Shown one piece after another: positions 21,857-34,120 of a stretch of DNA of 43,707 nucleotides. The position numbers and the translations under genes are program-made. Every line of letters starts with the position of its first letter. Positions within the stretch are counted from its first letter, which is position 1. The stretch is from Chiloscyllium plagiosum (lineage: Eukaryota): contig NC_057720.1 in NCBI RefSeq assembly GCF_004010195.1, forward strand, positions 1,469,543 through 1,513,249, written 5' to 3'. The notes beneath the pieces were generated by a model that was not told where the DNA came from, made no database searches, and saw only the letters and a list, made by a program, of their open reading frames with translations.

Positions 21857-24217
21857 ATACATAGAACACAGAACATTGAACATAGAATAGTACAGGCCTT
21901 TCAACCCTCGATGATGTGCCGACCTGTGAAACCAATCTGAAGCCCATCTAACCTATACTATTCCATTTGTATGCCTGTCCAATGATCATTTAAATGCCCT
22001 TAAAGTTGGCGAGTCTACTACTGTTGCAGGCAGTGTGTTCTATGCTCCTACTACTCTCTGAGTAAAGAAACTACCTCTGACATCTGTCCTATATCTATAA
22101 CCCCTCAGTTTAAAGCACTGTCCCCTCGTGCTAACCATCACCATCCGAGGAAAAAGGCTCTCACTGTCCACTCTATCGAACCCTCTGCTTATCATATATG
22201 TCTCAACTAAGTCACCTCTCAACACCTTCTGTCTAATGAGAACAGCCTCAGTTCCCTCAGCCTTTCCTCGCGAGACCTTCCCTCCATCCTAGTAAATCTC
22301 CTCTGAACCCTTTCCAAATCTTCCACATGCTTCCTTTAATATGGTGACCAGAACTGTACGCAATACTCCAAATGCAGCCGCACCAGAGTTTTGTACAGAT
22401 GTAGCATGACTTAATGGTTCCGAAACTCAATCCCTCTACTAGTAAAAGGTAACGCACCATATGCCAGTTTAACAACCCTATCAACCTGGGTGGCAACTTT
22501 CAGGGATCTATATTCATCTACATTACCAAGAATCTTACCATTAGCCCAGTACTCTGAATTCCTGTTGCTCCTTCTAAAATGAATCACCACACACTTCTCC
22601 GCATTAAACTCCATTTGCCACCTCTCAGCCCTTTTCTACAGCTTATCTATGTCCCTCTGTAACCCACAACTCCACAGACTTTAGTGTCATCCACAAATTT
22701 ACTAACCCATCCTTCTACGCCCTCATCCAGGTCATTTATAAAAATGACAAACAGCAGTAGCCCCAAAACAAATCCGTGTGGTACCCCACTAGTAACTGAA
22801 CTCCAGGATGAACATTTCCCATCAATCACCCCCCTCTGTCCTCTTTTAGCTAGCCAATTTCTAATCCAAACCGCTAAATCGCCCTTCTGGCACTTTTCCT
22901 GTCAACAATGACGACATAAAGATCAAAGCCAAAGGCTCTGCTGTTACCTTTTTAACTTCCCAGAGAAGCCTAGGATAAATCTCTTCCGACCCAGGGGACT
23001 TATCTATTTTTACACTTTGCAGGATTGCTAACACCTTGTCCTTGTGCACCTCAATCCTATATAGTCTAGTAGCCTGTATTTCAGTATTCGTCTGGACCAC
23101 GTTATCTTTTTCTAGTGTGAATACTGATGAAAATTCATTTAGCACTTCTCCTATCTCCTCGGAGTTCATGCACAACTTTCCACTACTAGCCTGATTGGCC
23201 CTAATCTTACTCGAGGTAACTTCTTTTATTCCTGGTATACCTATAGAAAGCTTCAGGGTTTTCCCTGATCCTAACTGCCAATGACTTCTCATGTCCTCTT
23301 CTTGCTCTTCTTAACTCTCTCTTTAGGTCTTTCCTGGCTAACTTGTAACTGTCAAGCGCCCTAACTGAGCCTTCACGTCCCATCCTAACATAAGCCTCCT
23401 TCTTCCTCTTGACAAGAGCTTCAACTTCTTTAGAAAACCACGGCTCCCTCATTTGACCACTCCCTCCCTGCCTGACAGGTACATACTTATCAAGGACATG
23501 CAGTAGCTGTTCCCTGAATAAGCTCCACATTTCAATTGTGCCTATCACCTGCAGTTTCCCTCCCCGTCCTGTGCATCCTAAATCTTGCCTAATCGCATTA
23601 TAATTACTTTTCCCCCAGCTATAACTCTGGGGTATATACCTATCCCTTTTATCGCTAAAGTAAACATAACCAAATTGTGGTCACTATCACCAAAGTGCTC
23701 ACCTACCTCCAAATCTAACACCTGGTCTGGTTCATTACCCAATACCAAATCCAATGTGGCCTTGCCCCTTGTTGGCCTGTCTACATACTGTGTCAGGAAA
23801 CTCTCCTGCACACACTGGACAAGAACTAACCCATCTAAAGTACTCGAACTATAGTATTTCCAGACAATATTTGGAAAGTTAAAGTCCTCCATAACAACTA
23901 CTCTGTTACTCTCGTTCCTATCCAGAATCATCTTTGCTATTCTTCCCTCTTCATCTCTGGAATTATTCAGAGATCGATAAAAAACTCTCGACAGTGTAAC
24001 CTCTCCTTTCCTGTTTCTAATCTCAGCCCATACTACCTCAGTAGACAAGTCCTCAAACGTCCTTTCAGCCACCATAGTACCTTCCTTGATTAACAATGCC
24101 ATACCTCCCCCCTCTTTTATCATCTTACCTGTTCTTATTGAAACATCTAAACTCCGAAACTGCAAAAACCATTCCTGTACCTGTTCTGTCCATATCTCCG
24201 AAATGGCCACAGCATTG
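21857..24217 (-). mobile_element. CR1 LINE, ORF2 endonuclease to 3' tail, internally deleted
   Basis: ORFs 23578..24297 (endonuclease), 23207..23548, 22861..23292, 22647..22829 and 22040..22225; splits an older + strand LINE (~21405-21856, 24218-24870). Confidence 0.9.
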
Positions 24218-25013
24218 AAATACAGAGGGATTTGGGTGCCCTCGTGCATGAAACAAAGAAGGTTGGTGTGCAGAGACAGCAAGTAATTAGGATGCAAATA
24301 TGTAATTGTTTTATTCTGAGGGGAATTAAATGCAAGAGTTGGGAGGTTATGTTTCAGTTACACAGGGCATTGGTGAGACTGTACCTGGAGTGCTGTGTAT
24401 GGTACTGCTTATCATACTTACAAACTGATGCTTGGAAGCAGTTCAGTCTTGTTTTACCAGACTAATATCTGGAATACTGTGGTGTTTAGAAGAGTCTGAG
24501 GTGATTTAAATGAAACATAAGATCCTGAGGGAACTTGGCCGAGTAGATGTGGAGAGATGTTTCCTTTTGTGGGAGAGTCTAGAACAAGGGATCCCTATTT
24601 AAAAATAAAGCAACACACATTTAAAATGGAGATGAGGAAACTTTTCTCTCAGGAGGATTTTGACATTTTACTTCAAAAGCCAGTGGATGCAGAATCTTTA
24701 AATATTTTTAAGGCAGAGATAGTTTCTTGATGAGCAAGAGGATGGAAGATTATTGGGGATATGTAGGAATGAAGAGTTACAGTTAAAGTCAGATCAGCCA
24801 TGATCTTATTGACAGTGAAGCAGGTGTGAAGGGCCGAATGGCCTTCTCTTGTTCTTTATTCGTATGTTCATACACATCCAGTCCCTCCATCACCAACGCT
24901 CAGTAGCAGCTGTGTGTACTATCTACATGATACACTGTAGAAATTCACCAAAGATCCTCAGACAGCACCTTCCAAACCCATGACCACTTCCATCTAGAAG
25001 GACAAGGGCAACA

Positions 25014-25755
25014 GATAGAGTCATAGAGTTATACAGCATGGAAACAGACCCTTCTGTACCAACTCGTCCTTGCCCACCAGATATCCTAAACCAATCTAGT
25101 CCCATTTCCCGCATTTGACCCATATCCGTCTAAATCCTTCCTATTCATGTACCCATCCAGATGCCTTTTAAATGCTGTAATTGTACTAGTTTCCACACTT
25201 CCTCTGGCAGCTCATTCCATACACGCACTACCCTCTGCGTGAAAAGTTTCCCCTCAGGTTCCTTTTAAATCTCTCCCCTTTCACTGTAAACCTATGACCT
25301 CTAGTTTGGATTCTCCTACCACGGATAAAAGACCTTGTCTATTTACCCCATCCATGCCCCTCCATAAGGTCACACCCTCAGCCTCCAACCTTCAGGGAAA
25401 ACAGCCCCAGCCTAATCAGCTTCTCCCTATAGCTCAAATCCTCCAAATCTGGCAACATCCTTGTAAATCTTTTCTGAACATTTTTAAGTTTCACAACATC
25501 TTTCCAATAGCAGGGAGATCAGAATTGAACACAGTGTTCTAAAAGTGACCTAACTAATGTCCTGTACAGCTGCAAAAGGATGTCCTAGCTCTTATACTCA
25601 GTGCAGTGACCAATGAAGGGAAGCATGTCAAATGCCTTCTTCACAATCCTATGAAGCTGTGACTCCACTTTCAAGGAACTATGAACCTGCACTTCTCAGT
25701 CTCTTTGTTCAGCAACAGTCCCCAGGGACCTACCATTAACTGTATAAGTCCTGGT
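25014..25755 (-). mobile_element. CR1-clade (HER1-like) LINE 3' fragment
   Basis: ATAGAGTCATAGAG tail; homologous to the reverse complement of 26752-27294. Confidence 0.75.
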
Positions 25756-25764
25756 CAAGTTTTG

Positions 25765-26068
25765 ATTAGATTAGACTACTTACAGTGTGGAAACAGACCC
25801 TTTGGCCCAACAAGTCCACACCGTCCCATCGAAGTGCAACCCACCCAGACCCATTCCCCCCCTACAATTTTACCCCTTCGCCTAACACTACGGGCAATTT
25901 AGCATGGCCAATTCACCTAACCTGCACATTTTTGGATTGTGGGAGGAAACCCCCGCAGACACGGGGAGAGTGTGCAAACTCCACACAGACAGTCACCCGA
26001 GGCTGGAATTGAACCCGGGTCTCTGGTGCTGTGAGATAGCAGCGCTAACCACTGTGCCACTGTGCCGC
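25765..26068 (-). mobile_element. HE1/V-SINE-like SINE
   Basis: Reverse complement of the 8770-9087 family, including the tRNA head. Confidence 0.85.
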
Positions 26069-26751
26069 TCACCGTGCCTTACCAAAATGCAGCACCTCAC
26101 ATTTACCTAAATTAAACACCACTAATTCATCTCCAAACACAGCAGATTCCTTCCCTCTGACTCCCCATCTCTTTGTGCTGTGACATCATTTTATTCTGCT
26201 ATTGACCTCTTGTCTTTCACATCGTTTCAGGAGTTAAAGATTTGGCCTTTGATTCTGAAGCCTGAATTGTTGTTCAGTTCAGCTTAGTCAGGATTAAATA
26301 AATCATATTAGAGTCCAGGCGCACACCAATGATGCTCCAGTTGAGGGTTTCTGATCAAACTGAGTAATCATTTCTCATTAGCCAATGCACAGCTGGAAGC
26401 CATTAGCAAGACAAATGCAAATGGGACCAAGCCCAAGTCAAGCTCAATGATGAGGAGAAATGATATAATTGGTTGCACCCCAATTGTCAGGACTTTCCTC
26501 TGGCAATTTCTTTCCATTAAGCTCCTGTAAAATGATTGAATCTGACGACAGCTCAGAATCTGTACAGAAGGTTCAAGCTGGACCCTGTGTGGCACTGAAT
26601 GGATGAAACCAGCACCTCACTCTGTCCAGGGAATACTCTCCATTCACCTGTTGTCTGTAATATCAGCACTTTGCAAATTAAAAAAAAAACACCTTCCAAA
26701 ACCTCAAAACATCTCAGTGAAGTTTTGTAGCCAATTACTAAATTTTCACGA

Positions 26752-27294
26752 AGTGATGCAATTCTGGTCTCCTTCCTATCGGAAAGATGTTCTGAAAATT
26801 GAAAGGGTTCAGAAAAGATTTACAAGGATGTTGCCAGGGTTGGAGGATCTGAGCTACAGGGAAAGGCTGAACAGACTGGGGCTGTTTTCCCTGGAGTGTC
26901 AGAGGCTGAGGGGTGACCTTATAGAGGTTTACAAAAGTATGAGGGGCATGGATAGGATAAATAGGCAAAGTCTTTTCCCTGAGGTTGGGGAGTCCAGATC
27001 TAGAGGGCATAGGTTTAGGGTAAGAGGGGAAAGATATAAAAGAGACCTAAGGGGCAACGTTTTCACACAGAGGGTGGGTACATGTATGGAATGAGCTGCC
27101 AGAGGATGTGGTGGAGGCTGGTACAATTGCAACATTTAAAAGGCATTTGGATGGGTATATGAATAGGAAGGGTTTGGAGGGATATGGGCCGGGTGCTGGC
27201 AGGTGGGACTAGATTGGGTTGGGATATCTGGTCGGCATGGACGGGTTGGACCGAAGGGTCTGTTTCCATGCTGTACATCTCTATGACTCTATGA
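26752..27294 (+). mobile_element. CR1-clade (HER1-like) LINE 3' end
   Basis: QFWSPSYRKD...[14 protein letters not shown]; tail CTCTATGACTCTATGA. Confidence 0.85.
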
Positions 27295-27747
27295 TTGTTG
27301 AAATGTAAGAGATGCAGCTGACAGTACGACTTGCAGTGGTTTGAGAAGGCAGCTCATCACCACCTTCACAAGGTCAACTAGGGTTGGGCAATAAATACTG
27401 GCCCAGCCAGTGATACCTGCATTCCAAACTTCAGAGACTATAGGCCTAAACTGCTCAAAATCTCTTCATAAAGCAAGCTCCTCGTGCCTAAAATCAATAT
27501 AGTGAACCCCCTCTGAATTGTCTCCAAATCAATTACATCCCTCCTCAAGTAAGTGGAACAAAACTGTATGCAATACTCCAGTGTCTCTTTGTCAACATAG
27601 ACCCTGGACTTATAGCCACCTTTTGGTTCTATGTTCCTTTTTATTGTAGTTCAAAGCTCAATGTGTACATAAATGCTTCAGAGGCCAGATGTTCATAAAC
27701 TTTCTGTAGATAGGAGATCTGCCATCCTCACCTTGTCAAGACAGGTA

Positions 27748-28956
27748 TGAGGCTGGGAGAACACAGCAATGCAGGCAGCATCAGGAGGGACAGGCAGGAG
27801 GCTGGGGGAACACAGCAAGGCCGGCAGCATCAGGAGGGACAGGCAGGAGGCTGAGGGAACACAGCAAGGCAGGCAGCATCAGGAGGGACAGGCAGGAGGC
27901 TGGGAGNNNNNNNNNNNNNNNNNNNNNNNNNNNNNNNNNNNNNNNNNNNNNNNNNNNNNNNNNNNNNNNNNNNNNNNNNNNNNNNNNNNNNNNNNNNNNN
28001 NNNNNNNNNNNNNNNNNNNNNNNNNNNNNNNNNNNNNNNNNNNNNNNNNNNNNNNNNNNNNNNNNNNNNNNNNNNNNNNNNNNNNNNNNNNNNNNNNNNN
28101 NNNNNNNNNNNNNNNNNNNNNNNNNNNNNNNNNNNNNNNNNNNNNNNNNNNNNNNNNNNNNNNNNNNNNNNNNNNNNNNNNNNNNNNNNNNNNNNNNNNN
28201 NNNNNNNNNNNNNNNNNNNNNNNNNNNNNNNNNNNNNNNNNNNNNNNNNNNNNNNNNNNNNGAACACAGCAAGGCAGGCAGCATCAGGAGGTGGAGAAGT
28301 CGACATTTCGGGTGAAACCCTTCTTCAAGCCTGGGGTTGGGTGCCAGGGGGTTGGGGGTTGTTGTTTGGGGGGAGAGAGGGGTAGGGTGGTGAGGTAGTG
28401 ATAGGTAAACGCAGACAGAGATTCAGCCTGGTTGGCAGTCAGGGACTGGAAAGGGAGGTTATTTGGAGGTAAATTTGAGGAACAACATCTCATATTCCAT
28501 CTTGGCAGCCTACAGCCTGGAGTGCTCAACACTGAGTTCTCCAATTTCAAATAACCTCCCTTCCCATGCCGACTCCCTTTCCAGCCCCTCTCCCTCCATT
28601 CCTTTCCTCTGTCTGACCATTCTTTCTAGCCAACAATCGGATTCACTTCTCCCATCAACTAACCACCTGTGTTCACTTATCCCTACCTCACCACCCCACC
28701 CCCTTTATCTGCAGCTCCCCTTATACCCACCCCCAGGCTTGAAGAAGGGTTACACACAAAACGTTGACTTCTCCATCTCCTGATGGTGCCTACCTTGCCC
28801 TGTTCCCTCAGCCTCCTGCCTGTCCCTCCTGATGCTGCCTGGCTTGCTGTGTTCCCCCAGCCTCCTGCCTGTCCCTCCTGATGCTGCCTGCCTTGCTGTG
28901 TTCCCCCAGCCTCCTGCCTATCCACCTTGGATTCCAGCATTTGCAGTTCTTTTGTC
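27748..28956. mobile_element. Inverted PLE relic with 49-bp tandem arrays in both arms; spans an assembly gap
   Basis: 49-bp units at 27761, 27810 and 27859, with reverse-complement units at ~28779-28920; GIY-YIG C-terminal remnant LEEQHLIFHLGSLQPG at ~28475-28553. Confidence 0.7.
27907..28261. other. Assembly gap (355 N)
   Basis: Run of N flanked by 49-bp tandem repeats. Confidence 1.
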
Positions 28957-29826
28957 TATAATCATCACCTAGCCTGGCTTGTGTGTGACTCCAGACCCAC
29001 AGCAAGGAGATTGAATTTCTGGGCAATTAGAGATAGGTAATAAGAACTGGTCCTGTGAATTAATTTAAAAAGGTCATCATAACATGATTGATGACTAAAT
29101 ATTAGTCCCGTTGCACTTCCTGACATCTCCCCTATTGAATGAGAGAATGTTTCTGAAAGGGTTAATATTGGTGACTGCATGTTCTTCACAATCTGATGAT
29201 GTCATAGAGGCTTCAGTAGGGCTAAGGTAGATCTTGGAATCTTGTGGCCCATATCATCCGGACTCCTTGTAATTTAAAGGGACAAATTATGTTTCAATCA
29301 CTAATGTCACTTTTATAAAAGTGCTATCAAACATTCTGCTTGTTAAAGACGTTGTAGCCACTTCCTTTCCCACTTTGGAATCTTAGATCCAGGCAGGACA
29401 GAGGATTGGTGGCAGTATTATTCCACCCATATTCTCAAAATTTTGCAAACAGAATGCTTCCCTTCTGCCTGAAAGTTTCTGTGACTCAGATACAGTGCGT
29501 GACAAGAATTATTTGTTTTATTTATTCATTGTGGGATGTGGGCATCACTGGCTGGGCCCAACATTTATTGCCCATCCCTAGTTGCCCCTTGAGAAGGAGG
29601 GGGTGAGCTGCCTTCTTGAACTGCTACAGCTCATGTGTTGTGGATTGACCCACAATGCCCTTAGGAAGGGAATTTCAGGATTTTCAGCCAGCGACACTAA
29701 AGGAATGGTGATATATTTCCAAGTCAAGATGGTGAGTGGCTTGGAGGGTGGGTGGTGTTCCCATGTATCTGTTGCACTCGTCCTTCTGGATGGAAGTGGT
29801 CATGGGTTTAGAAGGTGCTGTCTAAA

Positions 29827-30128
29827 GATTAGATTAGATTAGATTGCAGCGTGGAAACAGGCCCTTCGGCCCAACAAGTCCACACCGACCCGCCACCCAC
29901 CCATACCCCTACATTTACCCCTTACCTCACACTACGGGAAAATTTAGCATGGCCAATTCACCTGACCTGCACATCTTTGGAATGTGGGAGGAAACCGGAG
30001 CACCCGGAGGAAACCCACGCAGACACGGGAAGAACGTGCAAACTTCACACAGTCAATCACCTGAGGCGGGAATTGAACCCGGGTCTCAGGCGCTGTAAGG
30101 CAGCAGTGTTAACTACTGTGCTACCGTG
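29827..30128 (-). mobile_element. HE1/V-SINE-like SINE nested in a LINE 3' fragment (~29515-30525, -)
   Basis: (GATTA)n tail, V-domain and tRNA head on the minus strand. Confidence 0.85.
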
Positions 30129-31548
30129 CCAATCTTTGGTGAATCTCTGCAGTGCATCTTGTAGATAGTACATACTGCTGCTACTGAGCGTCAGTGGTGA
30201 AGGAGTGGATTCTTGTGGATGTGGTGCCAATCAAGCTGGCTGCTTTGTCCTGGATGGCTGGATGGTGTCAAACATCTTGAGTGTTGTTAGAGCCGCAGCC
30301 TCCAGGCAAGTGGGGAATATTCCATCACACTCCTGACTTGTGCCGCTGTAGATGGTGAGCAGGTTTTGGGGAGTTACTCACTGAAGTTTTCCTAGCCTCT
30401 GACCTGCTCTTGCAGCCACTGAGTTTATTTGGTGAGTCCAGTTGAGTTTCTGGTCAATGATAACCCCGGGATGGTGATAGTGGGTTAATTCAGTGATAGT
30501 AATGCTAATGACTGTCAAGGGACAACAGCCCTAGCTTAATCTGTCATCCAAAATATGAGGTTTATCCTACACAATAAAAATGAGATACTGCAGGTACTGG
30601 AACTTCAAAATAAAGAACAAAGAGTACTGAAAATACTCACCAGGACTGGCAGCATCTGTAAAGACACAAATGGAGTTAATATTTCATAGAAACACAGAAT
30701 CACAAAATACTTATGACACAGAAGCGAGCCATTTGGCCCATTGTGCCTGCAGTATAATCCCTTCCGCCAATCTCCTATCTTTTCACCATATTCCCTGCAC
30801 ATCATTTCCATCCAAATTCCCATCCAATTTCTTCTTAAGTGCCTCATTGAACCTGCCACCACCATATATTCCAGCCAGTGTGTTCCTGACCCGGACCACT
30901 CACTGGGTGAACATTGTTTTCCTATATCACCTTTGCTCCATTTGCACATCACTTTAAATCAACATCCTCTTTTCATATTTCTTTTGCGAGAGGGAACAGT
31001 TTCTCCCTGCCTTCTCTGTGCAGGCTACGCTTGGGTTTGAACCCTCTATCAGATCTCCTCTCAGCCTTTCTCTCTTGAAGGAGATCATCCCAACCTCTTC
31101 AAACTCTCCTCATCATTGAAATTTCTCATTCCTGGAACTACCCCTGCAAATTGCTTCTGCACTCTCTCTCCAATGTGTTCACATCTTTCCTGTAAGAAGC
31201 TTCCCACAAGTGGATGCAATACTCCAGCTGAGGTCTAACAGGTCTCTTATAAAAGTTCAACATCGCCTCCTTGCTCCTGGACTCTATGCCCCTGTTAATA
31301 AAGCAAAGGATACTGTGTGCTTTATTAACTGCTCTCTGATCTTGTCCTGCTGCACTCAGTGGTGTGTACACATATACCCCCTGGTCACTATGTTCCCGCA
31401 CGCCCTTTAGAATTTATTTTGTTTTGTTTTTCAGTGTTCTCCTGACCAAAGTATATCACCTCACGTTCTCTTCCTTGAACCTTCTCTGCCTCCTATTTGC
31501 CTGCTCCACCAAGTTGTCATGTTCCTCTGCAGTTTCACACACTACATT

Positions 31549-32335
31549 TATGGAATTCAATGTAGCTAAGTGCGAGGTGATTCACTTTGGGAAGAATAAC
31601 AAAAAGATGGGGTACTGGGCTAATGGTCGGATACTTGGTAGTGTGGATGAGCAGAGGGATCTTGGTGTCCATGTACACAGATCTCTGAAAGTTGCCACCC
31701 AGGTAAATAGTGCGGTGAGGAAGGCATATGGCGTACTGGCTTTTATTGGTAGAGGAATTGAGTTCCGGAGTCCTGAGGTCATGATGCAGTTGTATAAGAC
31801 TCTGGTACGGCCGCATCTGGAATATTGTGTGCAGTTTTGGTCGCCATACTATAGGAAGGATGTGGAGGGATTGGAACGGGTGCAGAGGAGGTTTACCAGG
31901 ATGTTGCCTGGTATGAAAGGAAAATCGTATGAGGAGAGACTGAGGCACTTGGGGCTGTTTTCACTAGAGAAAAGAAGGTTTAGGGGTGACTTGATTGAGG
32001 TGTACAAGATGATTAGGGGGTTAGATAGGGTCGACAGTATGAACCTTTTCCCGCGTATTGAGTCGGGTATTACAAGGGGGCATAGCTTTAAATTAAGGGG
32101 GGGTAGATATAGGACTGATGTTAGGGGTAGGTTCTTCACTCAGCGAGTCGTTAGTTCATGGAATGCCCTGCCAGTAACAGTGGTGGACTCTCCCTCTTTA
32201 TGGGCATTTAAGAGGGCATTGGATAGGTATATGGAGGATAGTGGGTTAGTGTAGTTTAGGTGGGCTTGGATCGGCGCAACATCGAGGGCCCAAGGGCCTG
32301 TACTGCGCTGTATTCTTCTATGTTCTATGTTCTAT
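31549..32335 (+). mobile_element. Young 5'-truncated CR1 LINE with open ORF2 C-terminus
   Basis: Uninterrupted MEFNVAKCEVIHFG...DRYMEDSGLV*, then a (TTCTATG)n tail; near-identical to 9187-9947. Confidence 0.95.
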
Positions 32336-32545
32336 AACTGTCCTCCCAGTTTAGTGGCTTCTGTAAACTTTGAAATTGAGCCCAAGTCTCTTTGTACAGA
32401 CGAACATAAGAGCTAGGAGCAGGAGCAGGCCATTCAGCCCCTCGAGCTTGCTCCACCATTTGATACAATTGTGGCTGACCTCATCTCAGCCTCAACTCCA
32501 CAAGCCTTTAGCCCATAAGAACGGCCCCTGCTGAGTATGCGCTGC

Positions 32546-32836
32546 TAGATTAGATTCCCTACCGTGTGGAAACAAGCCCTTCAGCCCAACAAGTCCACAC
32601 TAACTCTCTGAAAAGTAACCCACCCAGACCCATTTCGCTCTGACTAATGCATCTAGCACTATGAGCAATTTCCCATGGCCAATTCACCTGACCTGCACAT
32701 CTTTAGTCTATGGGAGGAAACCCACGCACACTCAGGGAGAATGTGCAAACTCCACACAGACAGTCACCCGAGGCTGGAATTGAACCTGGGACCCTGGTGC
32801 TGTGAGGCAGCAGTGCTAACCACTGAGCCACCATGC
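32546..32836 (-). mobile_element. HE1/V-SINE-like SINE
   Basis: Same motifs as the other copies. Confidence 0.85.
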
Positions 32837-33774
32837 GGACCCCTATGTCTAGCACCTGCTGCTTTTGTTTTCTCCTAGCTCAATATGCCAGCCATTCCTA
32901 GAGTAGCTTTAAGCTTGTTCTACCCAAAATCACAGGAAAAGTGGAGGGTGACCCTGACTGTATCAGGCTGTTTGTTGTTCATTAACGTGACTTTCTGTAA
33001 CAGATATGAGTCTTTTTCACAGTGATTGAATGTTTTTGTCCTTTTGGCTGAAGATTTTACTCCTCCAACAGATGAATCCAATGTTGAGACTCACCTTCAA
33101 ACCCTCGCTCTCTAGAAAACCAGAATCAGCCCTGCGTTTTTGCTTTTTACGAGTTATAATTACACTTCGACATTTAAAACACTGCAATAATCAGGCAAAG
33201 AGCACCATAAATAAATATCTCTCTAAATCCCTCCTGAAATAAGTATAATTAGTCTTAAAATTGTTAGCAAAATTATTATAATTTTTTTAAAATGAATACT
33301 TGTTTAAAAGATCAGAATAAGGCAGGTCCTTTTGTAATCAGCTTTAAACGCTAGAATTACAAAGTAAGGAGCACTTGTCTGATTGTGAAGTGCAGCCCAT
33401 TATTCTGTTGATTTGAGTCTTTCTCAGCTCCTTCTGATTTTCATGTAGAGGGGGTGGGGGGGATTGTTCAACATATTCACTGCGTTCTCCTGAGCAATCA
33501 GAGGTTTTCCCGATTGATTCAGAATGTTAAACCCAGCTGGGAACTTTTAGCTCTGACCTCCTGAGTGTAGAAAGTAGTATCTAATATCTCCTGCTCTTAC
33601 TGGCTTCCAGTCATTGACTAAAATATTCACTGAATTTTCACAGAGAAACAAAACGAGACACAAAAATTCTGTTATTATTATTTTACCCACTCAGGTGAAA
33701 ACAGCACAGTGTCAAGTGATCATTTGTCACATAGAGAGAATTGAATCTGGTCAAACAATTCTTGTCCAGTACAA

Positions 33775-34120
33775 AGGGAGTGTCGCACTGTCAGAGGGTC
33801 AGTGCTGAGGTAGTGCTGCACTGTTAGAGGGTCAGTGCTGAGGTAGTGCCACACTGTCAGAGGGTCAGTGCTGAGGGAGTGCCACACTGTCAGAGTGTCA
33901 GTGCTGAGGGAATGCCACGCTGTCAGAGGATCTGTAATGAGGGAGTACTGCACTGTCAGAGGGTCAATATTGAGGGAGTGCAGCACTGTCATACGGTCAG
34001 TACTGGAGAGTGCTGCACTGTTGGAGGGCCAATACTGAGGGAGTGCTGCACTGTCAGAGAGTCCATACTGGTGAAGTGCTACACTGTCGGAGGGTCAGTA
34101 CTGGGGAAGTGCTGCACTGT
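33775..34120 (+). repeat. 33-bp minisatellite, ~10 units (GAGGGAGTGCYGCACTGTCAGAGGGTCAGTGCT)
   Basis: Reverse complement of the array at 18128-18762. Confidence 0.9.

Noticed and set aside
27769..28398. Long ORFs of 158-209 aa
   Set aside because: Artefacts of the N gap and tandem repeats.
31364..32254. 296-aa ORF as a host or domesticated gene
   Set aside because: Chance fusion of antisense old-LINE sequence to a 5'-truncated CR1 ORF2.
33775..34120. Regular 33-bp repeats resembling a CRISPR array
   Set aside because: Head-to-tail units without unique spacers, in a eukaryotic context.
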